Below, piece after piece: positions 28,596 through 38,466 of a DNA stretch of 64,000 nucleotides. Position numbers and translations under genes: made by a program. Below the pieces are notes generated by a model. That model saw only the letters and a program-made list of their open reading frames with translations. It searched no databases and had not been told where the DNA came from. Origin of the DNA: Planctomycetota bacterium (GTDB lineage: Bacteria; Planctomycetota; UBA8108; SXIK01); contig CBDCXR010000004.1 of the NCBI GenBank assembly GCA_965223845.1, positions 5,056,001-5,120,000 on the forward strand, read 5' to 3'. Each line of letters starts with the position of its first letter. Within the stretch, counting starts at the first letter, position 1.

Positions 28596-30110
28596 TCAGG
28601 CCATGAGCGTGTCGATCTCGGCCCGCAGATTCTCGTCGGGAAGCCCCCAGCCGGGCTCGTACGCGAAGATTTCCCGGATGCTTCGCGAACCGAACCGGTC
28701 GTCGAGCATTTCGAGGTGGTCGCTCGAGACGAGAGCGGGGTGGCGCGCGCCGCAGGCGACGCTGAGCTGGAGGAGCTCCTTGCGAAGCGTTGCGACGTAG
28801 CTCGCGAGGCGATCCGCCTTGTGGTGCGGGTCGAGGCCCCGGCTGAGCCAGGCGCTTTGCGTCGCGACGCCGGTCGGACAGTGGCCCGTGTGGCAACGCT
28901 GCGCCTGGATGCACCCGATCGCCATCATCGCTTCGCGGCCGACGTAAAGTAGATCGCATCCGAGGGCGAAGGCGAGGATGCCCTGGCTGGGAAAGCCGAG
29001 TTTGCCGGCGCCGACGAAGACGATGTTTCGCTCGAGCTCCCTCTCGGCGAACGCGCGAAAGACTCGAGCGAAGCCGATTTTGAACGGGAGGGCAACGTGA
29101 TCGGAAAAGGCGAGCGGGCCCGCTCCGGTGCCGCCTTCACCGCCGTCGACCGCGATGAAGTCGACTCCCCGCTCGTCTGAGGCCATCGCGTCCGCGAGCT
29201 CGTTCCAAAAAAACCCGTCGCCGACCGCGGACTTGATGCCGATCGGGAGGCCGGACTCCGCCGCGAGGAGCTCGACGTAGTCGAGGAGGCTGTCGACATC
29301 GGAGAAGGCCGAGTGTCGCGGTGGGCTCACGCAGTCCTCGCCGCGACGAATCCCGCGAATCGCAGCGATCTCCGGAGTGATCTTCGCCGCCGGAAGGATG
29401 CCGCCCATGCCCGGCTTCGCGCCTTGGCTGAGCTTGATCTCGATCGCGCGTACGGGAAAGTTCGCGACGGCCTCCTTGAACCGGTCGAGGTCGAACTTGC
29501 CCTCGGGCGTCCGACAGCCGAAGTATCCGGTCCCGATCTGCCAAATCAGCTCACCGCCGTGGTCGTGGTGGGGCGCGATTCCGCCTTCGCCGGTGTTGTG
29601 AAGGCACCCGCAGGTCTTCGCGCCTCGGTTGAGCGCCTCCACGGCGGGCGCACTGAGAGAACCGAAACTCATCGCCGAAAGATTGACGACGCTCCCCGGG
29701 CGAAACGCCCGAGCGCGACCGCGGGCGGCGCCGAGAACCTTGGCGCAGGGCAGCGGGTGCGTGTGGTCCTGGAGCGCTCGCGGCGGCGGGGACGCCGGCA
29801 GTGAGTCATGCTTGATGATCAGGTGATTCGGCGAGCGCTCGAGATCGTTGTCGGTACCGAACCCGAAGTAGTTGTTCTGCCGCTTCGACGAGGCGTAGAC
29901 CCAACGTCGCTGATCACGGTTGAACGGACGTTCCTCGTCGTTTCCGGTGACGATGTACTGCCGAAGCTCCGGCCCGATCGCTTCGAGCAGGTAGCGAAAA
30001 TGGCCGACCACTGGAAAGTTGTGGAGGATCGCGTGCTTCCGCTGAACGAGATCGAACACCGCGACGATGGCGATGAGGACGAGCACCGCGATGAGAACCC
30101 ACCACCACAT
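28596..30110 (-). CDS. FMN-binding glutamate synthase family protein with an N-terminal TM anchor
   Basis: AAGGAG RBS and ATG 30110; SAMSFGSLS, NTGEGG, EIKLSQGAKPG, DGGEGGTGA, 3Fe-4S motif CIQAQRCHTGHCPTG. Confidence 0.92.
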   Translation of the reverse strand: MWWWVLIAVLVLIAIVAVFDLVQRKHAILHNFPVVGHFRYLLEAIGPELRQYIVTGNDEERPFNRDQRRWVYASSKRQNNYFGFGTDNDLERSPNHLIIKHDSLPASPPPRALQDHTHPLPCAKVLGAARGRARAFRPGSVVNLSAMSFGSLSAPAVEALNRGAKTCGCLHNTGEGGIAPHHDHGGELIWQIGTGYFGCRTPEGKFDLDRFKEAVANFPVRAIEIKLSQGAKPGMGGILPAAKITPEIAAIRGIRRGEDCVSPPRHSAFSDVDSLLDYVELLAAESGLPIGIKSAVGDGFFWNELADAMASDERGVDFIAVDGGEGGTGAGPLAFSDHVALPFKIGFARVFRAFAERELERNIVFVGAGKLGFPSQGILAFALGCDLLYVGREAMMAIGCIQAQRCHTGHCPTGVATQSAWLSRGLDPHHKADRLASYVATLRKELLQLSVACGARHPALVSSDHLEMLDDRFGSRSIREIFAYEPGWGLPDENLRAEIDTLMA

Positions 30111-30145
30111 GGTGTCTCCTTCTGCTCTCCGCTCCCGCGCGAAAC

Positions 30146-30192
30146 TCGGTCCGGGGTCGATCCGACCGAACGCCGGATCGACCCCGGACCGA
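30146..30192 (-). terminator. Perfect 19-bp stem-loop directly after the DUF1080 gene
   Basis: TCGGTCCGGGGTCGATCCG-N9-CGGATCGACCCCGGACCGA, followed by GTTTC on the minus strand. Confidence 0.55.
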
Positions 30193-30199
30193 CTAGACG

Positions 30200-30844
30200 C
30201 TAGGGCAATCGCCGGACCCGGAGGCTCTTGTACTGTACGACGCTCTCCGGATCGTGCGCCTGCAGGGCGAAAGTGCCCTTGTCGACGACGCGGGTGAAAT
30301 CCTCCCCGGCGACGGCATCCTCCGGCTCGGTGTAGTCGACGATCGACTCTCCGTCCACCGTCACCGTGATGTGCTTTCCTTCGACGCGCACCACCATGGT
30401 GAACCACTCATCGTCGTTCGCGGGTGCCTCGAGGATCTTGGCGACGCCGTAGAGGCTTCCCGTCTTCTGAGGATCCTTGTAGGTCTGGTTCACCTGCGCC
30501 TCGAAGCCGTACTTCGGCCAGCCGCTGTCCTGATACTGCGTGTGAAAATACACTCCCGAGTTGCTGTTCGGTTTCGTCATCGCGACGACTTCGAGCTCGA
30601 AGTTGACGAACGGCTCTTCGTCCCCGACGTAGAAGAGATGGCTCCGCGGACCCTTCGCGGTCAAAAGGCCGTCCTCGACCGACCAGGAGTCGACGTTTTC
30701 GTTCGCTTTCCAGCCGTCGAGCGTCTGGCCGTCGAAGAGAGAGACCCAGCCGGCGTCTCCGCCGAGCCACGTGGGGAGAGACTCGCACGACACGCAGAAG
30801 ACGACCGCGGCGAGCAGGGGAGCGATACTTCTCATGGCTTTCAT
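30200..30844 (-). CDS. DUF1080 (3-keto-disaccharide hydrolase-like) protein, probable lipoprotein
   Basis: GWVSLFDGQTLDGW, WSVEDG, NSGVYF, GFEAQ, TGSLYG, GTFALQAHD; signal ending FCVSC. Confidence 0.9.
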   Translation of the reverse strand: MKAMRSIAPLLAAVVFCVSCESLPTWLGGDAGWVSLFDGQTLDGWKANENVDSWSVEDGLLTAKGPRSHLFYVGDEEPFVNFELEVVAMTKPNSNSGVYFHTQYQDSGWPKYGFEAQVNQTYKDPQKTGSLYGVAKILEAPANDDEWFTMVVRVEGKHITVTVDGESIVDYTEPEDAVAGEDFTRVVDKGTFALQAHDPESVVQYKSLRVRRLP

Positions 30845-30968
30845 CCTATCGAGGGTTCGATGCGGCCGGCCGAACCGACCACCGCACAGGCGTACTCCCG
30901 CGACGTCGCGCCAACGGGTCAACGATTAGACCCGGACCGCCATCGAGAGTCCACTTCGCGGCGGGAGA

Positions 30969-32540
30969 CTACGCGTCGTCGCCGACGTCGAACACCCGCT
31001 CGAAATAGTCCTCGCCGTTTCGATCTCGGCTCGCGCGCGCGCGATCTAGTTCCGCGTCGCCCACGGCCGCGAGTCGGCGGGCGAGTCGCTTCTTGTACTC
31101 GAGTCCCATCTGTCGGGCGATCTGGATCCGCTGCGCTTGGGGCGACCCCGCGCCGTGAAGCGACTCGGTGAGATACCCGACCGCGTTTCTCCCGAGCGTC
31201 ATGTTCTCGATGAGACGAAGGATCCGCCATCGATCCTCGACGCTGACTCCCTCGCGGGTCCTCAGGTACTTCCGCAAGAGATCGCCGATCGCCGCCGACT
31301 CGAGATCCTTTCCCGACGGAAGCGTGGCGACGAGCCCGCCCGCCAGATCTTGAGCGAGCCGCGCGAGCTCGTAGGGGAACCGCGTCACGTGGTGTTTGCA
31401 CACGTTCGCGAGGAGATCGTCGTTGAGGTAGCAGCCGGACTTCGTCGCCCGGGCCTGATGCGAGGACGCTAGTCCGGTCGCGTACACGGTTTCGTTGAGA
31501 TGGGTCATCTCGACGAGCTTGTCGCGAACGTGCGATGCGCTCTCCGCGCCGTTGTATTCCGCGATCGACGCAGCCGCCCCGATCAGGACGTCACCGACAC
31601 CGCTCTTACACACGTAGCTTCGACGGTGATAACACGTGAATCGCTCGACGAGCATCGCCGCGAACTCGTGCTCGCCGTCCATGAAGACGCGTTCGCTCGG
31701 AATGAAGACATCGTCGAAAACGACGAGTGCCTCCTGCCCCGCATACTGCGCGTTTCCGGTGTCGAGATCGCTCCCCTCCATGCTGCGCGAATCACAGGAT
31801 TGCCGGCCGTAGATGTACGTGACGCCCTTCGCCTCGACGGGAAGCGCGGCGACAACCGCGTAGTCGCGGTCCGCCTCCGATAGGCGCGCGGTCGGCATCA
31901 CCACCAACCAATGCGAGTTGATGCAACCCGTTTGATGGGCCTTTGCGCCGCGAATCACGATGCCGTCGTCGTTCCGGTCGACGATGCGGAGATAGAGATC
32001 CGGGTCGATCTGCGCGTGCGGGGGCCGGCTCCGATCTCCCTTCGGGTCGGTCATCGCTCCGCCGATCACGTGGTTTCTCGATTGGACGATGCGCACGAAC
32101 GTTTTGAGGCGATCGTGATACGACGTGCCGTGCGCCGCGTCGATCTCGTAGGTCACCGAGAAGAGGGCGTTCAGCGCGTCCATCCCAACGCACCGCTGAA
32201 AACACGTGCCGGTGAGTTGGCCGAGCTTCCTCTGCATCTTGCCCTGCCGGACGAGGTCGTCGGCGCTCTCGGCGATATGGAGAAAGCGATTCACCCGTTC
32301 GCCCGTGAGCGGCGAGAACGCGGTCGCGAGCTCCGGCTCCTTCACCGCGAGGTCGTAGGTCGCCGCGACGGCATTGATCGAAGGGCGGATGAGCGGGTGG
32401 TCCACCGGCTCATCGACTCGATCGCCCAGCGCGTAGACCTCGAGCTTCCGACCACGCAGACTCTCGATGTAGTCCGCGCCCGTTCGGATGGGCGCGAGCG
32501 CCTCGGTCGCTTCGCCCGGCGAAGACTCATTCGCTGCCAT
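30969..32540 (-). CDS. abfD: 4-hydroxybutyryl-CoA dehydratase / vinylacetyl-CoA delta-isomerase (FAD, 4Fe-4S)
   Basis: Cluster ligands in TCFQRC and YHRRSYVC; GAMTDPKGDRS, GAKAHQTG, GQEAL, ESLHGAGSPQAQ. Confidence 0.92.
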   Translation of the reverse strand: MAANESSPGEATEALAPIRTGADYIESLRGRKLEVYALGDRVDEPVDHPLIRPSINAVAATYDLAVKEPELATAFSPLTGERVNRFLHIAESADDLVRQGKMQRKLGQLTGTCFQRCVGMDALNALFSVTYEIDAAHGTSYHDRLKTFVRIVQSRNHVIGGAMTDPKGDRSRPPHAQIDPDLYLRIVDRNDDGIVIRGAKAHQTGCINSHWLVVMPTARLSEADRDYAVVAALPVEAKGVTYIYGRQSCDSRSMEGSDLDTGNAQYAGQEALVVFDDVFIPSERVFMDGEHEFAAMLVERFTCYHRRSYVCKSGVGDVLIGAAASIAEYNGAESASHVRDKLVEMTHLNETVYATGLASSHQARATKSGCYLNDDLLANVCKHHVTRFPYELARLAQDLAGGLVATLPSGKDLESAAIGDLLRKYLRTREGVSVEDRWRILRLIENMTLGRNAVGYLTESLHGAGSPQAQRIQIARQMGLEYKKRLARRLAAVGDAELDRARASRDRNGEDYFERVFDVGDDA

Positions 32541-32794
32541 CGGATTCCTTTCCGCTGGGCACTAGCTCGCGCGAACGCGTCGACTCCGGACGCGCTCGGG
32601 CGCAGATCGCATCGGTGCATCATGTTCGCGTCGTCCGTCGAGAGCCACCGAATTCGGTTCGGCCTTCGAACAATCAGAACCGACCCTGCGCGCCGAGTTC
32701 GGCGTTCCGCGCCGCGGGAGGATCGACTACGATGTTTCCTCAGTTCGAGCGGCGTCGACACCTCGACTCCCGGAACACCCGTCGACACGGAACT

Positions 32795-35296
32795 ATGACC
32801 ACGCGCGCGCTCAGCCAGTTCGCCGGACGAACGTCGTTCGCTCTCGCCATCCTGTCCGCGGCGGCCGCCGGCGCTCGGCCGGCGGAGGCTCCTCGCCTCT
32901 CCGTCGAGCCGTCGACGATCGATCTCCGAGGACGCGCGTCGGCGCAGAGAATCGTCGTCACGAGAGCGACCGAAACCGACCGCCGAATCGATGTCACCGC
33001 GAGCGCGGAGCTTCGCACCTCCCCTCCGGGACTCGTCTCGATCTCTCCCGGTGGCGTCGTTCGCGCACGTCGCGACGGCTCGGGGACGATGCGCGTACGC
33101 GTCGGAGACGACGAAGCGGAGATTCCGCTGACGGTCGCGAACGCCGCCGTCGATCCACCGCTCACCTTCGAGGGCGACGTTCAGCCGATCTTCACCCGAC
33201 GCGGGTGCAACTCGGGACCGTGCCACGGGAAGCAGCGCGGTCAGAACGGATTTCAACTTTCCCTCCTCGGCTTCGACGACGATACCGACTACGCGGCGAT
33301 CTCGGGCGGCGCCTTTGCGCGGCGGCTCGTTCTTCCGGCGCCGGAGCGCAGTCTCCTCCTCATGAAGCCGACCGGAGAGCTCCCCCACGGCGGAGGAATT
33401 CGAGTCGAGAAGAACGACGAAGACTACGCGACGCTCCTTCGCTGGTTGAGGGCCGGCATGCCCCGGCGCGCCGAGTCGGCTCCCCTGCTCGAGCGTGTCG
33501 TCGTCGAGTCGACGCGCCTCGTCCTCGCGCCCGGGGACACAAGGCAGCTTCTCGTCTCCGCGATCAACTCGGACGGAACGCGCCGGGACGTCACACATCT
33601 CGCGACGTATCTCTCGAGCGAAAGTCCGGTTGTCGCGGTCGACGAAGACGGCCGCATCGCCGCGGGAAGGCTCCCCGGCGAGGCGACGATCATGGCTCGC
33701 TACCGCGGCCGCATCGCCGTCTGCGATGTCCTCATTCCGCTCGAGGGAAACGTCGATTCCGAAATCTACGCTGCTCTACCGCGCTACAACTTCATCGACG
33801 AGCTGGTCTGGGAGAAACTCGAGCGGCTCGGGATCACCCCGTCCAAGCCCGCGTCCGACTCGACCTTTCTTCGGCGCGCGTACCTCGACGTCATCGGAAG
33901 GCTCCCGTCCGCGGACGAAGCCCGCGCCTTTCTGAGCGCCCGGCACGAGACGGCTGCGGATGCACGCGCGCATAGAACCGCGCTCATCGACCGCCTCCTC
34001 GCGCGTCCGGAGTACGCGGACCACTGGGCGAACAAATGGGTCGATCTCCTGCGTCCAAATCCCTACCGCGTAGGCATCAAGGCCGTCCTCAATCTCGATC
34101 ATTTCGTCCGCGACGCGTTCCGCCGAAACCAGCCGTACGATGAGTTCGTCCGGGACGTGGTCACCGCAACGGGAAGCACATTTAGAAACGGCGCGACGAC
34201 GATCTTTCGCGATCGGCGCTCACCGGATGAGATCGCGACGCTCGTGAGCCAGATCTTTCTCGGCGTTCGCATCGAGTGCAGCAAGTGCCACCAGCATCCG
34301 TTCGAATCGCTGAGCCAGGCCGACTTCTACGGCTTCGCCGCGTTCTTTTCCGATATTCGCCGAAAAGGTACGGGACTCTCTCCTCCGATCTCCGGCAGCG
34401 AAGAGTTTGTTTTCAGTGGCGCCGGTGGCAAGGTCATCCACCCGCGAACGGGCGCGGCTCTCTCGCCGAAACCGCTCTTTGCATCGGTCTCCAGCGCCGC
34501 CGAGCACGAGAAGCCTCTCGGCTCGAAACGAGCGCGACTCGCCGAATGGATGGTGCGCGACAACGATCTCTTCGATCGCGCGATCGTGAATCGCGTCTGG
34601 GCCGAAGTGATGGGTCGCGGGCTCGTCGAGCCGGTCGACGATCTCCGCTCGACGAATCCGCCGAGCAATCGCGCGCTGCTCACTGCTCTCGCCGCCGAGT
34701 TTCGACGCGATCAATACGACCTCAAGAAGCTCCTTCGCAGGATCCTCAGCTCGTACGTCTACGGTCTCGCCTCCGCCCCGGGTGAGCGCAACGCGCACGA
34801 CACGCGCCAATACTCGCGGCACTACCGCGTTCGCCTTCGCGCGGAGACGCTCCTCGACGCGGTCTCCGACATCACGGGCGTCCCGGAGAAGTTCAGCGCC
34901 ATGCCTCCCGGCTCACGGGCGTCGGCGATCTGGACTCACCGCACGCCCTCGCTCTTTCTCGACACGTTCGGTCGTCCCGATCCCAATCAGGATCCCCCGT
35001 GCGAGCGGACGTCCGACACGAGCGTCGTCCAGGCGCTTCACCTCATGAACGCCCCGAACCTTCACGCCAAGGTGACGAGCGACGCGGCGCTCGCCGCCAC
35101 GCTCGCAGCGAGCGATTTTCCCGCGGATAAGATCGTCGAGGAGCTGTACTTGCGTACATTCTCCCGCTACCCTGATGAGTCGGAACGCGAAATCGGCCGC
35201 GCGTTGTTCTCGCGCAAAGACACGACGCGGCGACGCTCGACTGAAGACCTCCTCTGGGCGCTTCTCAACACGCCCGAGTTCGTCTTCAAGAACTGA
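32795..35296 (+). CDS. DUF1549/DUF1553 (PSCyt2/PSD1) protein with Ig-like (Big_2) domains
   Basis: GCNSGPCHG, NFIDELV, FLRRAYLDVIGRLP, ECSKCHQHPFE, NRVW..GRGLVEPVDD, QALHLMN, EDLLWALLNTPEF. An alternative ATG lies at 32732. Confidence 0.92.
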   Translation: MTTRALSQFAGRTSFALAILSAAAAGARPAEAPRLSVEPSTIDLRGRASAQRIVVTRATETDRRIDVTASAELRTSPPGLVSISPGGVVRARRDGSGTMRVRVGDDEAEIPLTVANAAVDPPLTFEGDVQPIFTRRGCNSGPCHGKQRGQNGFQLSLLGFDDDTDYAAISGGAFARRLVLPAPERSLLLMKPTGELPHGGGIRVEKNDEDYATLLRWLRAGMPRRAESAPLLERVVVESTRLVLAPGDTRQLLVSAINSDGTRRDVTHLATYLSSESPVVAVDEDGRIAAGRLPGEATIMARYRGRIAVCDVLIPLEGNVDSEIYAALPRYNFIDELVWEKLERLGITPSKPASDSTFLRRAYLDVIGRLPSADEARAFLSARHETAADARAHRTALIDRLLARPEYADHWANKWVDLLRPNPYRVGIKAVLNLDHFVRDAFRRNQPYDEFVRDVVTATGSTFRNGATTIFRDRRSPDEIATLVSQIFLGVRIECSKCHQHPFESLSQADFYGFAAFFSDIRRKGTGLSPPISGSEEFVFSGAGGKVIHPRTGAALSPKPLFASVSSAAEHEKPLGSKRARLAEWMVRDNDLFDRAIVNRVWAEVMGRGLVEPVDDLRSTNPPSNRALLTALAAEFRRDQYDLKKLLRRILSSYVYGLASAPGERNAHDTRQYSRHYRVRLRAETLLDAVSDITGVPEKFSAMPPGSRASAIWTHRTPSLFLDTFGRPDPNQDPPCERTSDTSVVQALHLMNAPNLHAKVTSDAALAATLAASDFPADKIVEELYLRTFSRYPDESEREIGRALFSRKDTTRRRSTEDLLWALLNTPEFVFKN

Positions 35297-35381
35297 TGCG
35301 GACGCGCGATCACGCGCGCCGCGATCGTTTCGCTCGCTCGCAAGCGAGTCCCGAGTCAACGTTGAAACCGAAGGAGTCGGG

Positions 35382-36737
35382 ATGGACGTCCATCGGAATT
35401 GCGAAGGGATCAGTCGGCGCGACTCTCTCCAGATCGGACTCGGCACGATCTTCGGCAGCTCGGCTCTTCTCGCCGGCGCGACCCCCGCCGGGGCGCTCGC
35501 CGAGACGCTGCGACTCCGAGATCGCGCAAGTGTCGACCCAGACGCCCCGAAGACTCGGTGCATCCTCATTTGGATGGACGGTGGCCCGACGCACTACGAA
35601 ACGTTCGACCCAAAGCCGGACGCACCGAAGGAGATCCGGGGCGAGTACGGCACGATTCCGACCTCGATCGCGGGCGTCCACTTCTCGCAGCACATGAAGC
35701 GACTCGCGGCCGTGAGCGACAAGCTCGCGATCGTGCGTTCGATCCGCCACAACCACGGGAACCACGGTGCCGGCAATCACTATATGATGACCGGCGCGCC
35801 TACGCGCATTCCCGTCGCGTGCGGTGCCTTCGTGAGCTTCCATCCGAGCATCGGCTCGGTGACTGCGTACTCGCGTCCGTCGACGAGCGGCTTGCCGCGC
35901 TACTTCTCGCTCCCGCGCATGTCGCGCTCGGGAGGGCCGAACTTCCTCGGCGCGCGGTTCGCGCCGTTCGTCGTACCCGACAATCCGAACAGCGCCGGCT
36001 TCCGCGTGCGCGACGTCGGAATTCCCCGGGGTCTCGAACCGGCGCGCTTCGACGATCGCCGCGGACTTCGACGTGAGGTCGACCGACTCCTTCGCATCGA
36101 GGACGAAGCCGCCGGCGATCCCGTTCACGCTCTCGACGAGTACTACGAGCAAGGTTACAACCTCGTCACCTCTCCGGCGGCGCAAGAGGCATTCGACATC
36201 GGCCGCGAACCGGAGACGATCCGCGAGTCGTACGGGCGGTCGAGCTTCGGCCAGCGCTGTCTCCTCGCGCGGCGGCTCGTCGAGGCGGGCGTCCCGTTCG
36301 TCACGGTGTACGAAGGCGGCTGGGACCACCACACGAATATCTTCAAGGCGCTCGACGCGAAGATGCCGCCGTTCGATCGCGGACTCGCGGCGCTCGTGAG
36401 CGACCTCGATCAGCGCGGACTCCTCGAGTCGACCCTCGTCGTTGCTCTCGGCGAATTCGGCCGCACTCCGAAGGTGAACACCCGAGGCGGACGCGATCAC
36501 TGGTCGAATGCGATGTCGGTCCTCTTCGCCGGTGGCGGAACTCCCGGCGGACAGGTGGTCGGAGCGACGGACCGCCACGGTTACAGCGCTGCCGAGCGGA
36601 TTCTTTCGCCGGAGAACTTCGCGTCTACGATCTACCGGAAACTCGGAATCGACCCGGGACAGATCCTCTACACGCCGGAAGGACGTCCCGTTCATCTCGT
36701 CAGCGATCCGGCGCCCATCCGCGAGCTGATGGGCTGA
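35382..36737 (+). CDS. DUF1501 domain protein with a Tat-like signal
   Basis: AAGGAG RBS and ATG 35382; SRRDSLQIG, MDGGPTHYETFDPKP, FGQRCLLARRLVEAGV, GWDHH, GEFGRTP, GRDHW. Confidence 0.93.
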   Translation: MDVHRNCEGISRRDSLQIGLGTIFGSSALLAGATPAGALAETLRLRDRASVDPDAPKTRCILIWMDGGPTHYETFDPKPDAPKEIRGEYGTIPTSIAGVHFSQHMKRLAAVSDKLAIVRSIRHNHGNHGAGNHYMMTGAPTRIPVACGAFVSFHPSIGSVTAYSRPSTSGLPRYFSLPRMSRSGGPNFLGARFAPFVVPDNPNSAGFRVRDVGIPRGLEPARFDDRRGLRREVDRLLRIEDEAAGDPVHALDEYYEQGYNLVTSPAAQEAFDIGREPETIRESYGRSSFGQRCLLARRLVEAGVPFVTVYEGGWDHHTNIFKALDAKMPPFDRGLAALVSDLDQRGLLESTLVVALGEFGRTPKVNTRGGRDHWSNAMSVLFAGGGTPGGQVVGATDRHGYSAAERILSPENFASTIYRKLGIDPGQILYTPEGRPVHLVSDPAPIRELMG

Positions 36738-36741
36738 TCGC

Positions 36742-38466
36742 ATGCCGGGCGCGCGGACTTCGTTCGGCGGACGCGCGCACCGCGATCGTTCGTTCCGCAG
36801 CGCGGCGCACCCGCTCGCGCGCGTCGCTGTCGCGGCTCTCCTTCTCGCCGGCGCGGTGGCTCGTGTCGATGCGGCTCCGCCGCAGGTAAACCACCTCTTT
36901 CCGTCGGGCGCGCGGATCGGCACGACGGTTACCGTCAAGGTCGTGGGATCGGTCGATCCGTGGCCTCCGCTCGCTTGGACCAGCACGAGTGCGCTCGAGG
37001 TTACGGCTAGCGAGAACAAGCTCGAGCTGAGCGTCCGCGTCGACCCCGCCGCGAATCCCGGCGTCCATTGGATTCGTCTCTACAACTCGGAGGGCGCGTC
37101 CGAGCCGAGACCATTCGTCGTCGGAACGCTGCCCGAACTCGTCGAGACCGAGTCGAACGATCGCCCCGAGAAGAGCTGTGCGGTCGAGCTTCCCGCGATC
37201 GTCAACGGCCGACTCGATCGCGCCGCCGATCTCGACAGCTTCGCGATCGAGCTCACCGAGGGCGCGACGCTCGTCGCAGACGTCGAGTCGGCCCGCCGTC
37301 TCGACACGCCGATGGACCCCGTTCTTCAGATCGCCTCCGCCGACGGATTCGTCCTCGCCCAGAACGACGACGACCAGGGGCGCGATCCGCGCATCGTCTT
37401 CACGGCTCCGCGAACGGCGAGCTACCTCGTTCGCGTCTTCGCGTTCCCCGTTCCGCCGAACTCGAGCATCCGATTCGCCAACGACCCGAAGTACGTGTAC
37501 CGCCTCACACTCACGTGCGGCGCGTTCGCCGATCATGCGTTTCCGCTCGTCGTCTCGCGGCTCGCGACTCCAGTCGAGCTCCGAGGCTGGAACATTCCTC
37601 CCGAGCTCGCGCGCGTTGTCGTAGCGCCGAGTTCGGACTCGATCGTACCGCTTCGGCACGGGAGCCTAGCGAACACGCCCGAGCTCACCGTCGTTGAGAC
37701 TCGCGTCGAGACCGAGAAACTCCTCGAGGTCGCGTCTCGGCAAGAGCTGATCGTTCCGTCGACCCTCAGCGGTCACATCTCGCGACCGCTCGAGGCGGAT
37801 ACGTTCGACCTCCGCCTGAAGAACGGCGAACGGGTCGAGATCGAAGTCCTCGCCCGCCGTCTCGGCTCGCTCCTCGATCCGATCGTGCGCATCACAGATC
37901 ACGACGGAAAGGAGCTCGCCCGTGCCGACGACTCGGTCGGCGTCGATCCGCGCATCGTCTTCTCGGCGCCGCGCGATGGCGCGTTCGTCGTCGAAGTGAG
38001 CGACCTCTTCGGGCACGGCGGGGAGCGACACGTGTACGCGCTTTCCGTCGTGACACCGATGCCGGACTTCACTCTCGGGATCGCCGCGAGCGCGTTTGTC
38101 GTCAAGGCCGGAACGCCACTCAAGCTTCCCGTCACGATTACGCGCACGCACGGGTACAAAGGAACGATTGCCGTTTCCGCCCTCGGATTGCCTCCCGGAG
38201 TCGTCTGTGCGCCCGTCTACTCGACCCCGAAAGGAGATGCCGCGAAAAAAGTCGAGCTCGAGCTCACGGCCGCGGACCCGAAATCGGCCGCCCCGTTTTC
38301 GGGCGCCTTCCGCATCGTCGGTCGCGAAGTCGGTCCGTCCGGACGAGAGCGAGCCGCGACGTACCGGCGCGGCGAACGCAATCGACCGCTCTCGAGCGTG
38401 TGGCTCACGATCACCGCTCCGCCGCCGCCCAAAGAGGCCGCGGCCGACGACGCCCCGTCGAAGTGA
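36742..38466 (+). CDS. Secreted pre-peptidase C-terminal (PPC) repeat protein, planctomycete type
   Basis: PPQVNHLFPSGARIGT, ETESND, two PPC-like repeats (DLDSF..ARRL.TPMDP..NDD..DPRIVF; ADTF..ARRLGSLLDP..ADD..DPRIVF), PDFTL; in an operon with the DUF1549 and DUF1501 genes. Confidence 0.85.
   Translation: MPGARTSFGGRAHRDRSFRSAAHPLARVAVAALLLAGAVARVDAAPPQVNHLFPSGARIGTTVTVKVVGSVDPWPPLAWTSTSALEVTASENKLELSVRVDPAANPGVHWIRLYNSEGASEPRPFVVGTLPELVETESNDRPEKSCAVELPAIVNGRLDRAADLDSFAIELTEGATLVADVESARRLDTPMDPVLQIASADGFVLAQNDDDQGRDPRIVFTAPRTASYLVRVFAFPVPPNSSIRFANDPKYVYRLTLTCGAFADHAFPLVVSRLATPVELRGWNIPPELARVVVAPSSDSIVPLRHGSLANTPELTVVETRVETEKLLEVASRQELIVPSTLSGHISRPLEADTFDLRLKNGERVEIEVLARRLGSLLDPIVRITDHDGKELARADDSVGVDPRIVFSAPRDGAFVVEVSDLFGHGGERHVYALSVVTPMPDFTLGIAASAFVVKAGTPLKLPVTITRTHGYKGTIAVSALGLPPGVVCAPVYSTPKGDAAKKVELELTAADPKSAAPFSGAFRIVGREVGPSGRERAATYRRGERNRPLSSVWLTITAPPPPKEAAADDAPSK

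Noticed and set aside
30969-32540. Evidence for autotrophic 3HP/4HB or DC/4HB carbon fixation
   Set aside because: No other cycle enzymes are in the window, and the dehydratase alone also serves catabolism.
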